Counted from the stretch's first letter, positions 25,104 through 38,365 are shown. The stretch is 64,000 bases of DNA from Eledone cirrhosa (GCA_964016885.1 OZ024740.1:40486001-40550000), one strand, 5' to 3'. The notes: generated by a model from the letters alone, not told the origin. A program made the numbers and translations.

Positions 25104-25690
25104 GTGGCTGCCAACACGTTTTCGAGAACGGCCACTACTTTATATCCATGTAGGAGAACCCCTACCGATGCGCTGAACGAGTGTGACTTTTTAGTCCAGC
25201 CAGCGACTTGAAAACTCTGGTACAAACACTACACTTGTGACAATTATTGACACATAGTGCTGGGCCCATGGTACCACGTGACGACAAGTGCAGAGAGATC
25301 TCCAGATATAAAGCAATGCCTGTGCCGTGAAGCTTTTATAGGGAGCAAAGGCACTGCACAAAGCCAGTCCCACTCTCTTAACCAAGATGATATTTACCAA
25401 AAAGAAGAACAAGTCAACATCATTGGATACCATCAGGGTTGCAGGTGTTATATCAGAGTTTTCCTTCTCCTAGAATTCTGCCTTGACAAATGCTAAAGGG
25501 TCATCTCTCCCGGTGATTTTGGATGGCCATTGACTCTTAAGAGCTCCTTTGCCCTTTGACAGGTTTTGTTTTTAGTCCTGCAGGATGTCCAAAGTCACCC
25601 TCCTCACCAAGAAACCTTGGCGGGGTTGCCAGTTTAGTCACCAACGACCCGACCATGAGACAGGTTGTACTGGGATACATGTTACCAGTA
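25101..25690 (-). mobile_element. Short non-autonomous RTE derivative, copy 1
   Basis: Contains a block homologous to the RTE 5'UTR at 4090-4310 and ends in the same 3' stem-loop as 184-230, followed by a TG-rich tail. No ORF. Confidence 0.75.
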
Positions 25691-25773
25691 GCACCAACTG
25701 GTGACCTGACATACATACATACATACATACATACATACATACATACATACATACATACATACATACATACATA

Positions 25774-26335
25774 CATGGTGGCTGCCAACTCGTTTTCGAG
25801 TACGGCCACTACTTTATATCCATGTAGGAGAACCCCTACCGATGCGCTGAACGAGTGTGACTTTTCAGTCCAGCCAGCGACTTGAAAACTCTAGTACAAA
25901 CACTACACTTGTGACAATGATTGACACACAGTGCTGGGCCCATGGTACCATGTGACGACAAGTGCAGAGAGATCTCCAGATATAAAGCAATGCCTGTGCC
26001 GTGAAGCTTTTATAGTGAGCAAAGGCACTGCACAAAGCCAGTCCCACTCTCTTAACCAAGATGATATTTACCAAAAAGAAGAACAAGTCAACATCATTGG
26101 ATACCATCAGGGTTGCAGGTGTTATATCAGAGTTTTCCTTCTCCTAGAATTCTGCCTTGACAAAGGCTAAGGGGTCATCTCTCCCGGTGATTTTGGATGG
26201 CCATTGACTCTCAAGAGCTCCTTTGCCCTTTGACAGGTTTTGTTTTTAGTCCTGCAGGATGTCCAAAGTCACCCTCCTCACCAAGAAAACTTGGTGGGGT
26301 TGCCAGTTTAGTCGCCAACGACCCGACCATGAGAC
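25774..26335 (-). mobile_element. Short non-autonomous RTE derivative, copy 2 (tandem, slightly 5'-truncated)
   Basis: Near-identical to 25101-25660, flanked by (TACA)n at 25691-25775 and 26335-26373. Confidence 0.75.
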
Positions 26336-26357
26336 ATACATACATACATACATACAT

Positions 26358-26388
<31 letters not shown>

Positions 26389-26750
26389 AAAATTACGTAC
26401 ACAAATAGAAACAAAAATATATTGAAATAGTCAAAATACAGAGTTATTTCCCATTGAATCATATTTGAATACACCGTGAAATATTGTTACACTTATTACT
26501 GCTGGCAACAAGAACACTTCCACCATAGGTATCTAGCAAGGTGACCCACTCGGCCTGCTTATCTTTGTGTTGGCTGTCGATAGCATTGCCCATTCAGTCC
26601 ACTCACTCTTCGATGTTTCTCCTCCCTGTTTTTGTATGTGTTTGTGCTTTTCTTTATGTGTAACATTTTATTTTTTCTCTAATTTTCTGTGTCTGTTTTT
26701 GCTTCAATCGCCAAAACGCTTCTCTCTATTTACAATGTGAGTGTATGTTG

Positions 26751-27170
26751 GACAGACAGAGTCTTTCAAAATTATTAACCATCTTGCCAACAACAACCTT
26801 GAGCCCCTTTTTGATTTCCATGTGTCAAACACACGTGGGCAGGCCAACAAAGTCTGAAAACAGCACAGTTCCCATGACTTTCGGAAACATTTTTTCACGC
26901 TCAGAGTTGCTGAAGCACGGAACAAACTACCTGCACCAGTTATTAGCTGTCGAGACACTACATTCTTTAAAACCTCCATGCTTCCTGAGATTCGCCAACA
27001 CTACACCTGATGTCCCCGCTCTATAAAAACGCACACATGTATTTTATGACTCGTACACTGTTAATTTTCCTGACATTTGTACATTATTCTATGTACTATA
27101 CATACACCTTTGACGAGTTGTAGTGCACCTGAGCGCTACACAATAATTTCATTATTATCATTATTATCAA
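26751..27170 (+). mobile_element. CR1/L2-type LINE 3' fragment
   Basis: Translates NTRGQ...RKHFFTLRVAEARNKLP (CR1 C-terminal FF..RV...WN.LP motif), followed by an (ATT/ATC)n tail. Confidence 0.7.
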
Positions 27171-27849
27171 ATTATAACCAAAATTACTTCACAAAATGTA
27201 ATTACAATTGTAAAATGTTTGATTTATGTGTGTAGGAAATGTCCACAGCAACTAAATCAATAAAATGACATGGCACTGGGTGGATTAGTTGAGTCTGTTC
27301 GACGACCTTCATCAAGTTATCTTAGTCCTAAAGGTCCTTGGACTTGAGATCAACTCATTGAAGTCTGAGAAGATAAATGTGAGCTATGGTGAAACTGAAT
27401 TTCAAGAAGCTGTATTCAGCCACCCTGACTGTGGGATGGCTAACACTGAAAGATGACGCCTACAGTCTCAGCCCTCCAGTCCTCCAGAAAGTCATAAAAA
27501 AATGCCTGGAGCATGCTGACCTGATGAGGATGAATGACATGCATCCAACAGTTTTCCTTCTGAAGAACTGCTTTGCCATCTGTGGTTAGAAAGAGCTATC
27601 TCACTTACCGCTTTTCACAGGCGCGGCTAAATTCCACTGCAGGTACTCCTCTTCCACGTGCGTCCGACTGCTTAACACCGGGAGCTGCCCAAAACTCACG
27701 TCCACACCGTGTGCTGGTCACCACTAGAGAGAGGCCCTCTGCTGGCCCTTCCGGTCGAGCATCCTTCCGGCCAAAGACCCCTTCAGGTCAAGCACTCCCC
27801 CCGCCTCCGGCCACTGCACGCCACACCATACCCACACGCCACCCTGATC

Positions 27850-30640
27850 TCAAGGATCAATTTCCCCCTCGTCCCTCTGCATATGAAAGTCTGCCGTCCA
27901 GGTCGGTGGTCTACGACTTCGTTGCGATCTTCGTAGCATTGGGGCAGAGCTCTGGGTTTCCACCTCATCTTGGGTTTCCTCTTCCTCGGAGTCCGTCGAC
28001 ACAGTGATTCTTCTTACATCCAGGACATGACGTGGTACCCCGTCCACGGACACATTGTTCTTTGAATTTACGGCCGTCACCGTTCCCCTTCCCCATTGAG
28101 ATGTGCAACGTGCATCTGGAGGCTTAACCCAGACTTCTTCACCCACCTGCACGAATGCACTCTCTCTCCCCACTGGCCGTTGTGGTGGCGTGCACGGGTG
28201 CCGCCACTCGTATTTGAATACTGCTCTATGTGGCACCGATTCCTCGACCTGTCCAACCCGAGGGGACATATTGTACCAGAACACTGCCTCCATTGGTGAG
28301 ATATGGCCCCGCTCCGCCATTGCCTTGATCGTCCGGTGGTGTCGCTCCACGATTCCATTCCCGCTCGGCCTGTGTGCCGCTCTGAAGAAACGGGCCACCT
28401 TCCATCCATCGAGCATCTCCCTCAGTGCCTCCGAGCGGAACGCTGTGCTGTTGTCCATCAGCAGTTCATCCACAGGGCCCCGCTCCAAGAACACCTCTCT
28501 CAACGTCCGCACGATTTCCTCGGCCGTTCCAGTCTTCATCTCCCTCCATATCGCCATTCGACCTGGTCCACAGTCGACCATCGAGAGGTACGTTCCCTGC
28601 CGGTAGTGCGTCACATCCACCGCTAATCGCTTCCACTCGCGATCCACCGGGAGGCTTCCCGTTTCGTGTACACCCGGGGCGGGATCAATGGACTGACATC
28701 GGACGCAGCTTCTAACCCCCCCCCCCCCCCCCGAACACTGTGTCTGCTAACGTCCGAGTCGATTCTCCTGGCTAGGAACAGGCTCCTATCCACCCCCATG
28801 TGGTGCATGTCATGCAACCCCTTCAGGTCTAACTCGGTCAGCCGACACACGGCAGCTATCTCATCCTCTACCTCCTCCGGCGCTTCCATCCAGGCTTTCT
28901 TCACTCTAGTTAAGATGTCCGCCCTATTTTTCTCTGAGGGCACGAACACTACGCTCAGCTTCAGGTCGAACTCGGTGGCCAGCTCTCCTAACGTTCCCAG
29001 GCGGCGCTTTATCAGCATCTCTGCCGCGCCTCTGTTCGCACTCTCTTCTCACTGGTGAGCACTGATCTTACCCATCCGAGTACAGTAGCCGAGTCGGTGC
29101 GTATCTCGATGGTGCGCAGCCCCCACCGCAGGGCGAGGTTCACCCCTCTCAACACCGCGTCCAGCTCGGCCACATTGATGTGGCTGCAGTCATCCTTCTT
29201 TCTAAGCCAGGCTGCATCCTCGACCTGAACACCTCCTATCTCCAACGTGATACCCAGCACTATGCTGCTGGCATCGCACCATACGGTCCCGCTCCGTGAT
29301 TTGGGAACGTACCAGCGTCCCCGCACTGGGTCGTCGGCCTTCACCCTCCCCACGATCTCCTGCATCATGGCCACCGTTCTCTCTCCCACTCTGTCACTCC
29401 AAGTCACCCCTCCCGCTCGTCTCTTGACATAGCTGCATACCGTCCGGAGCCACCCAGCGATCGGGTAGTGACCCACCAGCTTTCCACACACCGAGAAAAG
29501 CTCCCGCCTATTCATACTTGGGCCCAGTTCCGGAACTTCGTTTCCCCTCTGGAACACCAAAACGCCCGTCTTATCTCGCCATAGCCTAAGTCCCAGCGCA
29601 GCTCCTCCCTCCAATGCTTCTGATGGCTTCGCAGTCAGTCCATACCTCCGCCGTCGACACCACCGACTCGTCCACTAGGATGTCGTCAATATAGGAGTTA
29701 GTAGCCCTCTTTATCTTGTCGGCTCTCCCCAGAGCGGTCTTGAGGACCGCCGCCATGATCTTCGGTGCGGAGCTCAGCCCGAAACCGAGCCTGGTCAGGC
29801 AATATGTCCGGCCCTTATACCTGACCAGCTGATACCGCCAGAGCTTCTCATCTATATGCAACTGCAAGTAAGCCGACTTTAGATCCACGATCGCTGAACC
29901 CCTCGTCATGCGTCTCCACTCACGCAGGGTTTCCCCACAGACATCCGTGACCTCGCCACCCGTGTGGCATGACACGTGCTCGTTCAGCTCTCGATAGTCC
30001 AGCACCGGCCTCACCTTGCTCTTCGTGGGTTGCACCACCGCCATCAACGGCAATACTCCGCACTTCACCTCCTTCCAGGGAAGCAGTATGCCCTCTTCGA
30101 TCCATCTCTCTACTTCTCGCGCGAACTCGCTCCTAGCGTTTCCCTTCAATGTGTGTTGATAGCAGCCCACTTTGGTCTTCAGCGTTGGTGGTTCTCCCTT
30201 CCAGTACCACTCAACAACCCATCGCTGCCCATCAAACACGGCCTTGAAGTCTTTATCCTGTACAGTGTAAGCGGGGTATTCCTCCTCGTGGGCCTTCTGG
30301 TTCTCATGACGTGCACTCACAGCGCATACCGATGCAGCGGCGCCAAACGACACACCGACATTGTTCACCGTGACGCCCCCTAGACGGCCAATCGCGTCCA
30401 TGCCCATAACCACGCCGATCCCATCCACCACACTGTCTACCACGATGGCGGAAAGCCTTATCGTCCTTCCCCGTACTGCTATTTCCATCTCGCTGCGACC
30501 TCGGCATTCAATTTTCCTGCCGTCGACTGCCCTTACGCTGCTCTTCCCTCCCCACCCCCGCGGTCACCAATGTCGTCGTACAGTCCGTATCCACGAGGGC
30601 TCGCTGTGGCTTCCCCCTCACGAAGACTTCCACCACGGGC
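27850..30640 (-). pseudogene. pol: Gypsy Pol (PR, RT, RNase H, IN), frameshifted
   Basis: PR ALVDTD (DTG degenerate); RT LDYRELN, DLKSAYLQL, FGLSSAP, YIDD; RH CDASS, ELDAV, TDS; IN LAVDVTH, MDNSTAF, GIVER. Split over four ORFs. Confidence 0.9.
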
Positions 30641-30647
30641 AGCGCCG

Positions 30648-31409
30648 CTACTCGTAAGGGGCAACTACCGGCGCAGTAGTTCCCCTTGGATCGTTTCCCT
30701 GGCCGCAGTTAGTAGCGATGTGGCCTGGTCGCTTACACCGGTAGCAAATTATATCCGGCTTCGACTCTCTACAGTCTCTAGCCATATGCGGGCCCTGGCA
30801 CCTAAAACAGCGCCCCATAAATTCGCGCGGACGGCCGCGTGCTGAGGTTGCCTCCCTTTCACCATTTCGCTGCCAGGTGTCCTGAGCCTCCGTAGTCGCT
30901 ATCGCCGCAACACTCTTTTTGGCATCTTCCGCTATGATCTGGGCTTGTTCCACCAGTGAACGCATTTCCATCTCTTTATACCCCGGGACTTGCTGCAGTT
31001 TCACCGCTATGTCGTCCGGAAATCCATTGATGAACGCCAACTGCACCGTGCGTTCGCATTCCGCCTGGTAACCGGCCAACATAGCCAACCGCCTTATTTC
31101 CGCTGCGAAAATGTCGACGCGCTCACCATTCCACCTGATTCTCGCCAGCTTAGCAAAAGCCGCCAACGGTCCCTCGGCGAATGCATCCATCAGACGCCTC
31201 TCAATCTTCTGCACATCTCTTTGGCTGTGCTCGTCCAACTCAAGGAAGAGTACCAGTGCGTCGCCCTCGAGGTACAATGCCATGAGGCCGGCCACGTCTT
31301 CTATATTCTGCAAGCCTGCGACCAGCCGAACCTTCCGCAGCCAAGCGACAACATCACCTTCCTCGGTGAATGCCCTGATAGCTTCGTTCATCCGTAGTCT
31401 TGTCGCCAT
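30648..31409 (-). CDS. gag: Gypsy Gag with two zinc knuckles
   Basis: Open 253 aa ORF; CFRCQGPHMARDC and CYRCKRPGHIATNC. Confidence 0.85.
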   Translation of the reverse strand: MATRLRMNEAIRAFTEEGDVVAWLRKVRLVAGLQNIEDVAGLMALYLEGDALVLFLELDEHSQRDVQKIERRLMDAFAEGPLAAFAKLARIRWNGERVDIFAAEIRRLAMLAGYQAECERTVQLAFINGFPDDIAVKLQQVPGYKEMEMRSLVEQAQIIAEDAKKSVAAIATTEAQDTWQRNGEREATSARGRPREFMGRCFRCQGPHMARDCRESKPDIICYRCKRPGHIATNCGQGNDPRGTTAPVVAPYE

Positions 31410-31967
31410 CTTCTGATTTGTTTTGGGGTAAGTGTTTTTTTTTTTCCAGTCGCCGAAATAGTTTGTGGTTAGAAAGAGCTATCTCACTTACCGTTTTTCA
31501 CAGGCGCCGCTAAATTCCACTGCAGGTACTCCTCTTCCACGTGCGTCCGACTGCTTAACACCGGGAGCTGCCCAAAACTCACGTCCACACCGTGTGCTGG
31601 TCACCACTAGAGAGAGGCCCTCTGCTGGCCCTTCCGGTCGAGCACTCCCCCCGCCTCTGGCCACCGCACGCCACACCATACCCACACCATCCTCAAACTC
31701 CTTTTCAAGATGCGTGGTATAACTTGTCACCCTCACGTGGATTGTCATGTCAAATGACACCACAATCCAATGCTGTGCTGAATTCACCTGCAATGTTAGT
31801 TTTGACAGTGCTGTTTTGCAACTGTCAAGATTCTCCATGAAATTCAGTAGCCTCATCCTCTGAGTCACTTCTGACCCAGCACTGATAATGAAATGGTTGA
31901 TAATTTTAGTTGCTGAGACCTTTTCATTAATTAAAATGGAGTGCAGGAGAGAAGACTGCATTGGTAA

Positions 31968-32205
31968 GGACATGTGATGTGCATGGATGATGATCGATGG
32001 GTGAAGAGGTGCCAGGAAATCCCAGTGGAAAGAAACCGCAATAGAGGTAGACCAAAGAAGATCTGGACAGATTTCAAATTGCTGAAACTCACAGAGCAGA
32101 TTAAGAAAGAACGCGGCGAGTGGAGAGATGCTGTACTGAAAAAGGCCTATTCAACGCATGCAAGTGTGGAAAAACAGACATAAAAACGATGATGATGATG
32201 ATGGT
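31968..32205 (+). mobile_element. RTE 3' end fragment with (GAT)n tail
   Basis: GHVMCMDDDRWVKRC...RGRPKKIW, similar to 40700-40920. Confidence 0.8.
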
Positions 32206-32836
32206 GATATATTTCATTAGAAATGTCACAAAAGATGAAGGTAAAGTTAACATTCATCCAAGGTCAATATTGAATAATGTTTACCTTAGTCAAATTTCAC
32301 AATGTCTTGAGATTTATGTCTATATTTTAGATTTGAACCAATTTAGTCTGTGATGTAATTAGTTTTTCTATTACTTTTTCTCTGTCATATTACATTTCAA
32401 CTTTAAACCCAAATCCTATTTAATATTAATACCATAGTATTTGCTGTGTAAACTGTCTGTGTGGTCATGGCCTTTGTGTTTTATCTTGGTCTTAAAACAA
32501 CATTTATAGTTTGTATAGCATCTGAAATTGATTGGCTCATTTGATCACTTGATAGGGTTTATTCCTGGTAAAAACTCTAATTTTCTTTGATATTTTTTTA
32601 GTCAAATGATTTGTCTAATTTATACAAATAGAAAGATAAATATGTATGAACATTTCGTAAATGATTCAATATATAACCCCAGTCATGTATCAACAACACT
32701 GTGCCAGAGCATCATTATCTCTCATGAATTAGAGCTTGCCAGCTTTTGTTCTGTATGCAAATGAATTTCGTTAGGCAATATTCAAAAGCATAAAACCTCT
32801 TAGCTTATTTTCGTCTTAGTACCCAAGAAGGAGTTA

Positions 32837-32885
32837 GCCTCCCTGAAGATGGTTAAAGAACCAGGAACGGCACCATCAGAGTGCT
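32837..32885 (+). ncRNA. Decayed Penelope-type hammerhead motif
   Basis: CTGAAGA-TGGTT(aaag)AACCA-GGAAC-GGCACC-ATC. GAAA is mutated to GGAA and stems I/III are imperfect. It lies between direct repeats CAATATA..ACCCCAGTCA at ~32667 and ~32962. Confidence 0.45.
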
Positions 32886-33047
32886 TACCCTTGTTTGTTA
32901 AAGCATGTTAATTCTAATAGCAAGGCGAAAAATATATTTACATGACTATTTGTATATAATTCAATATACACCCCCAGTCAAATATTTATTTGTCTAATTC
33001 ATACTAATGGAAAGATATTTATTTATTTAATTTATACAAATCCTCAT

Positions 33048-34395
33048 GATGATGATCACTGTTTAATGTCAATTTTTCCATGCTAGCATGGGTTAGACGA
33101 ATTGTCACTTTGTGAGAAGTCAGATCAGATGACCATGTCTTTCTCATACAGAACTGTTTTGGCTTGTTTTTTATGGTTGGATGCCCTTCCTAACGCTGAC
33201 CACATTTACTGTGTGGACTGGGTGATTTTTATTGACATCAACACAACCACTTTACAGAGTGGATTAGGGGCTGGAGTGGGGGAGGTGCTTTTGTAGCTAG
33301 CAGCAGTAGCTCCCTAAACTTTTTCTATCCCATTCTCACTCTGGCTACTGTATTTTTGGAACACCCACCTCCACTGCTAATTTGGTCATCCAGGTAACAG
33401 AAGCTGTCAACTGCTTCTACAGAACTTTCTAAGAATTTAATAATGCTTGTCTCCTGTTAGCATTTGCTGCTTACAGCTCCTGTGCAATGTTCTTAGCTCG
33501 CCTACCTGAGATTCCACTACATCTCTTCTGTACCCATGGTTTGCATTTGGGACAGAACATGGAATTTCTACACACCCCTTTCCTACACACTGTGCAGGGC
33601 CATTTCCCTGGGAGGATCTGGGCCTTTTTTTCCTTTCTACTTACTAAGACTTTTAGTCTTTGCGAAGTTGATTTTAAGACATTTTGATTCCAGGTCAGGA
33701 ATTTTTTCTCTAGTTCTGTCATAGATTCAGCTATGAGAATAAGATCATCAGCATACAGGATTTCTGTTATAGCCTGGAGGATGATAATAAACAGGAGAGG
33801 GCTAAGGACAGAGCCTTGGTGGATCCCAACCTGCATGCTAAACTCCTCACTATAGTCATTTTTAATTTTAATCTTGCTGACATCATTGCCTTCACAAGCC
33901 ACTCGTCTACTCCTAGTCTTCTAAGTGCCCACCAGTTTACAGAATGGGGGACCCTGTCAAAAGTTTTCTTCAGGTCAACAAATGCCAAGTAGAGAAGTTG
34001 GCTTTTAGCTAGGTACTTCTCCTGTAAGTTGCCTCATAAGGAAGTGGGCATCCATGGTACTTTTACCAGCCACAAATTCAAACTGTCCCATCTAGGTTAA
34101 TTTGATCCCTAATCAATTATACAACGACTCTTCCACAGTAATTTCCTGTCTAGAGTATCACCTTTAACCTTGTAGCAGTTGACAATGATGCAGCTACGCC
34201 AGTCATTGAATATGGAACCATTTTGTATTACTTGGTTTACAATATGGTCCCACTGCTTTGCCTGTGTTTATGTCCCTAATTGCTTTACTTATCACACTGC
34301 TGCTGACTTATACTGCTGGTCCCTCTGTAGGGTCCACTTGGAGCAAGCTATCTTCCTCCCACACATCAGTCTCTCGTAATGACACTGCCATGCTA
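33048..34395 (-). mobile_element. Heavily decayed RTE fragment with SINE-like 3' tail
   Basis: AFVDLKKTFDRVP, GIHQGSVLSPLLF, LYADD and PHD remnant CTVC..CPKC..WVQKRC. Tail GGAAGGGCATCC...CCCATGCTAGCATGG...(GAT)n. Confidence 0.8.
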
Positions 34396-37299
34396 CCTAA
34401 AATTAAATATGTATTTACCTAATTATATAAATGGAAAGATAAATATGTATTTCTCTAATATATATTTCAATGGAATTAACAACTGCACACATTAAAATGA
34501 GATTCTTCCAGTTTGTCTTGATATATTCTATCAAATGTTATATCTACAGGTTTAGAGAAGACTAATTGTTTATTTTTGATGCTATTACAGTGAAAATATA
34601 TTTGCTAAAACAGAAAGTAATCTCTTGGCTGATAGCAAAACTGTTTCATATAATTTTCCCCTTGTCAAATATTTATAATTGTGTTGGTGTCACAATAAAA
34701 TGCAACCAGTCCACACTATATAGTAGTGCCACAAAATGTACCTGGTTGGCATTGGGAAAGGCATCCAGCTGTAGAAACCATACCAAAATGGGACATGAGT
34801 GAAACACAGTCATGTGATCTGTATATTTTAAAACCAATTCAAATTTGATGAAAAGTGAACAAAGAAAAAGAGAAGGCATCTATTGAGTAAAAATAGAGTA
34901 ATTTATTTCATCAATCTAATATTTGAAACACAGTTCAAATCTTCAGGTAATTTGTGTTAACAAAAAAATAGATTCATTTATTTGTTTATACATATATAAA
35001 AGGTAAACAAAATACTATTAAATCAGTAACACACACCAGGTTCAAACAGAGGAATCAAACTCCTACTGTCACCACTTCCATCTCTCCCACTTTTCCCATC
35101 TCTTGTGCCAAAAGTAGAAACAATTATTATGAGCAAATGGGGGCCCATGCACTGGTGGCCCCAGCAGACAGAATAGAGAAGGAGTTTCCCCAGAGGATGG
35201 TCAGGGAGATGTACTGGAAGAGCCATTCAAGCTCGCAAAACTCACTCTGCATCAATGGTAGTGAGTAGGGAGGTGGCCCTAGGGCCAAAAGAATAATTAT
35301 TAACTCAGCAATATAATGAATGAAGTACAACATGTTTGTGTTACAGAAACATATAATTATAAAGAATGGGAATAAGTAAAGTTTGTACAGTGTGATATGA
35401 TGTGGATGTTTTGACAGGATAAACTATGTGAAATGTGATGTGTATCAAACCTATAAACATAAAAGAGAGAGGAAAGCTAAAGATTTGTATGAAGAAAATG
35501 TGAGAGAGTAAGTGAATAAAACAGTGACAGGATTGTCTGTTTCTCTGGTCAAGTCAGAGAAAGGCAGCAGTCACTAGGTAGCCATTGCTGTGGAGAAGTG
35601 AGAACACAGAGAAAAGCTTGCTGTCTGTTTTCCCCTTTATAGCTGAAGGTGATATCATGGTAAATTCACTCTCCAGCCCAGATTCCAAAGAAAACAAGTA
35701 ATTGATAAAAGAAGAGGTAGCGAAAGAGAGATCTTAGTGTTGCTAGTGTATGTGTTGAATTACTGGGATTGAGATGTGCATTGTAGCCACATGTTCAACT
35801 GCATCATGCTTCTGTGTGAAATTAGCTGTGGCTAATTTGAAGTGCAGGCCACTTGAGTTCCCATTGTATATCCCAATGAGTGAAGAGTTGTGCAGGTTAA
35901 TAATAGCTATTCCACACTTCCAAAAGCTAGTTCAAGGTTGAGACAAAAAATAAAAAAAAAGGTAAAACAGAATATCTCAGAAATCCCATCAAAAACATTC
36001 ACCAACAGAAAGCTATAGAGGTGTATTTTTGAGAAAATGTAACATGTTGAAATGTATGCAAGTGTGTGTAAACATTTAAAAACATAATTCAATGAAAGAA
36101 AAAAAATGTCTAAATTGTGATAAACAGTATGAAATAGACATAGAAAAGAGAAGTGGAAACATAAGAAAAATGATTATCCATACAGATAGTTCATAATTAG
36201 TTGTTTTTTGTTTTTTTAGAAAAATAAAATAATTGCCCAAAGAATTTAGGAATAGAGTCAGTACTTTTTTTTTTAAATGTCTATGCTTTAAAATGGTGGA
36301 AGTTCTGTATTCATGAAGTTATACTCAAAATGTTATAATTGGTCAGTACAATTGTTGTTGAAGATGTTATAGTTGGTCAGTACACTTGTTGTTGATGTAA
36401 ATTGAACAGTTCCGAACAGATTTAGAGATCTGTGTACTTCTTATGATATGATTGAAATGTAAATTTGTCTTCAATAATTCTGTTTTCTAAAGTTGCAAAT
36501 GTTGTTATAGCAGATTCATAAGTGATTGGGTTTTTTTTTCAGGGGTTGAATTGAGTGGATTAATGTATGAAACAAGGCTGTGTGTTTTAACATTAGGTTG
36601 TCATCAATAAAAAAAGGTGTAAAGTGTTTTATGAAGGAGAATGTAAGAAACAGAGTTTAAAGATTGTATTGAAATTTGAGTGATTAATGTGTGTTGTCAT
36701 GGGAACTGGGTTGTTGTTTGAAGTTAATTTGGATAAACTGATATATACTGAATAACACATTGTTAGCTAAGATGATGAATAAAATCACATTCAATTATAT
36801 TGATGAACAGATGTGTGAAGAGAATGTAAAAGAGTAAGTAAATAAAGCCATGACAGGCTTGTCTGTTTCTCTAATCAGTACTGGTCAGATGAAGCCAGCT
36901 GTAGTCAAGCAAGAACAAAGAGAAGATTTTGCCTTCTACCAGCCACTTTATAGACAAGGGTGACATCATGGTAGACTGGTGCTGGAAATGATGAATATTA
37001 AATATAACTTGAAAATACACTGCAGTTTCATACAACAAAATTCAAAAAATGACTACAGAAATCATCTTCCATAAGGAGAAGAGTCAAGCTTAGCTTCAAC
37101 ATTGGAAATCAAAATTTTATTGAGATCACTTTCTACAGTTGGACTTCATTAGTTATTTCAATGCTGTACAAGTTTTGCTTCATTAATCCTAGAAAAAGAA
37201 AAGAACATTTACGTCAATTAAAGCCTATTAAAAATAGTGTCAGAGAGAAAGAAATCTATGCACAAAAATATTTTAAAATATCACATTTTTAAATATGCG

Positions 37300-38365
37300 A
37301 AAGTGGGATCACAGGTAAACTAACAAAGAACATAGATTTTATATGTGGCTGGTGCTCAGGTGCAATAAGTAGTACCAAGTGCCCACAGGATACTAGCTCC
37401 TTCCATTGCCCAGATGGTTCTATAGAAATAGTGGTACCTTCCGTTACCTGGGTGACAAAATCAGCAGTGGTGGTGGGTGCTCAGAAAGTACAGTAGCTAG
37501 AGTCAGAACGGGATGGAAAAAGTTCAGAGAGCTTATACCACTATTGGCTGCTAAAGGTTTCTCCCTAAAAATGAAAGGCAGACTGTATGATGCTTGCATA
37601 CGAACAGCAATGTTACATGGCAGTGAGCGTGGGCATTGTGTGCAGAGGATCTGCGCAGACTGGAGAGGAATGAAGCTTGCATGCTCCGCTGGATGTGTAA
37701 TAGTAATATACGTGAACGGCAAAGCATAAATGAACTAAGTGAGAAATTAGGAATAAGAGGGATCAGATGCTGTTTACTCGAGCGAAGACTACATTGGTTT
37801 GGTCACGTGATGCGCATGAAAGACGACAGCTGTATAAAAAAGTGCAGGGTCATCAAAATAGATGGAAGCTACGGAGTAGGCAGACCCAGAAAAACCTGGG
37901 ACGATTTGATAAATTCCGACCTTAGACACTTACACCTCTCCAAGACAATGTCACTGGACTGAGATCTTTGGCGCTACGCAGTAATACTGAAGACCTGCCT
38001 TGCCTAAGTACAAAGCGAAACCTACAGTCAGTAGGCACCTCTTAACCAAAAATACACCCCCATCTACACCCCCCTTCTCTGCAAAGATATGTTGGTGCCA
38101 CAACATCCAGTCCTAAATAAATGAGGTCGTGTAGGTGTCACGACCCAAAAAATAACACACAGTCCACGCTGTAATGTGGCCGTGTAGGTAAAAACCTCCC
38201 AGTCCACACTGTAAACGAGGTTGGTGTTAGGAAGGGCATCCAGCCGTAGAAAACCCGCCAGACAGCCCTATATGAGCAAGACAACTAATCTTGCCTCACG
38301 TGGGACAATTCCCGTCTAAACCCATGCTAGCGTGGAAGATAGACGTTAAACGATGATGATGATGA
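37300..38365 (+). mobile_element. 5'-truncated RTE with long 3'UTR and (GAT)n tail
   Basis: [42 protein letters not shown]. 3' block AGGAAGGGCATCCAGCCGTAGAAA and tail CCCATGCTAGCGTGG...GATGATG. Confidence 0.85.

Larger units (their letters stand above)
24716..27268. mobile_element. Old inverted-repeat (MITE/foldback-like) element with nested insertions
   Basis: 24716-24806 is the inverse of 27172-27268, and 24835-24978 is the inverse of 26613-26750. Arms are diverged and no TSD was found. Confidence 0.55.
27581..31686 (-). mobile_element. Full-length compact Ty3/Gypsy LTR retrotransposon (~4.1 kb)
   Basis: LTRs TG...CA at 27581-27836 and 31464-31686. 5 bp TSD CCATC (27576-27580, 31687-31691). 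Order gag-PR-RT-RH-IN. Confidence 0.93.

Noticed and set aside
31692-31973. Possible coding remnant flanking the Gypsy (continuing at 27270-27580)
   Set aside because: I could not assign any protein family by eye, so it is left unannotated. A translated search of the rejoined sequence would decide.
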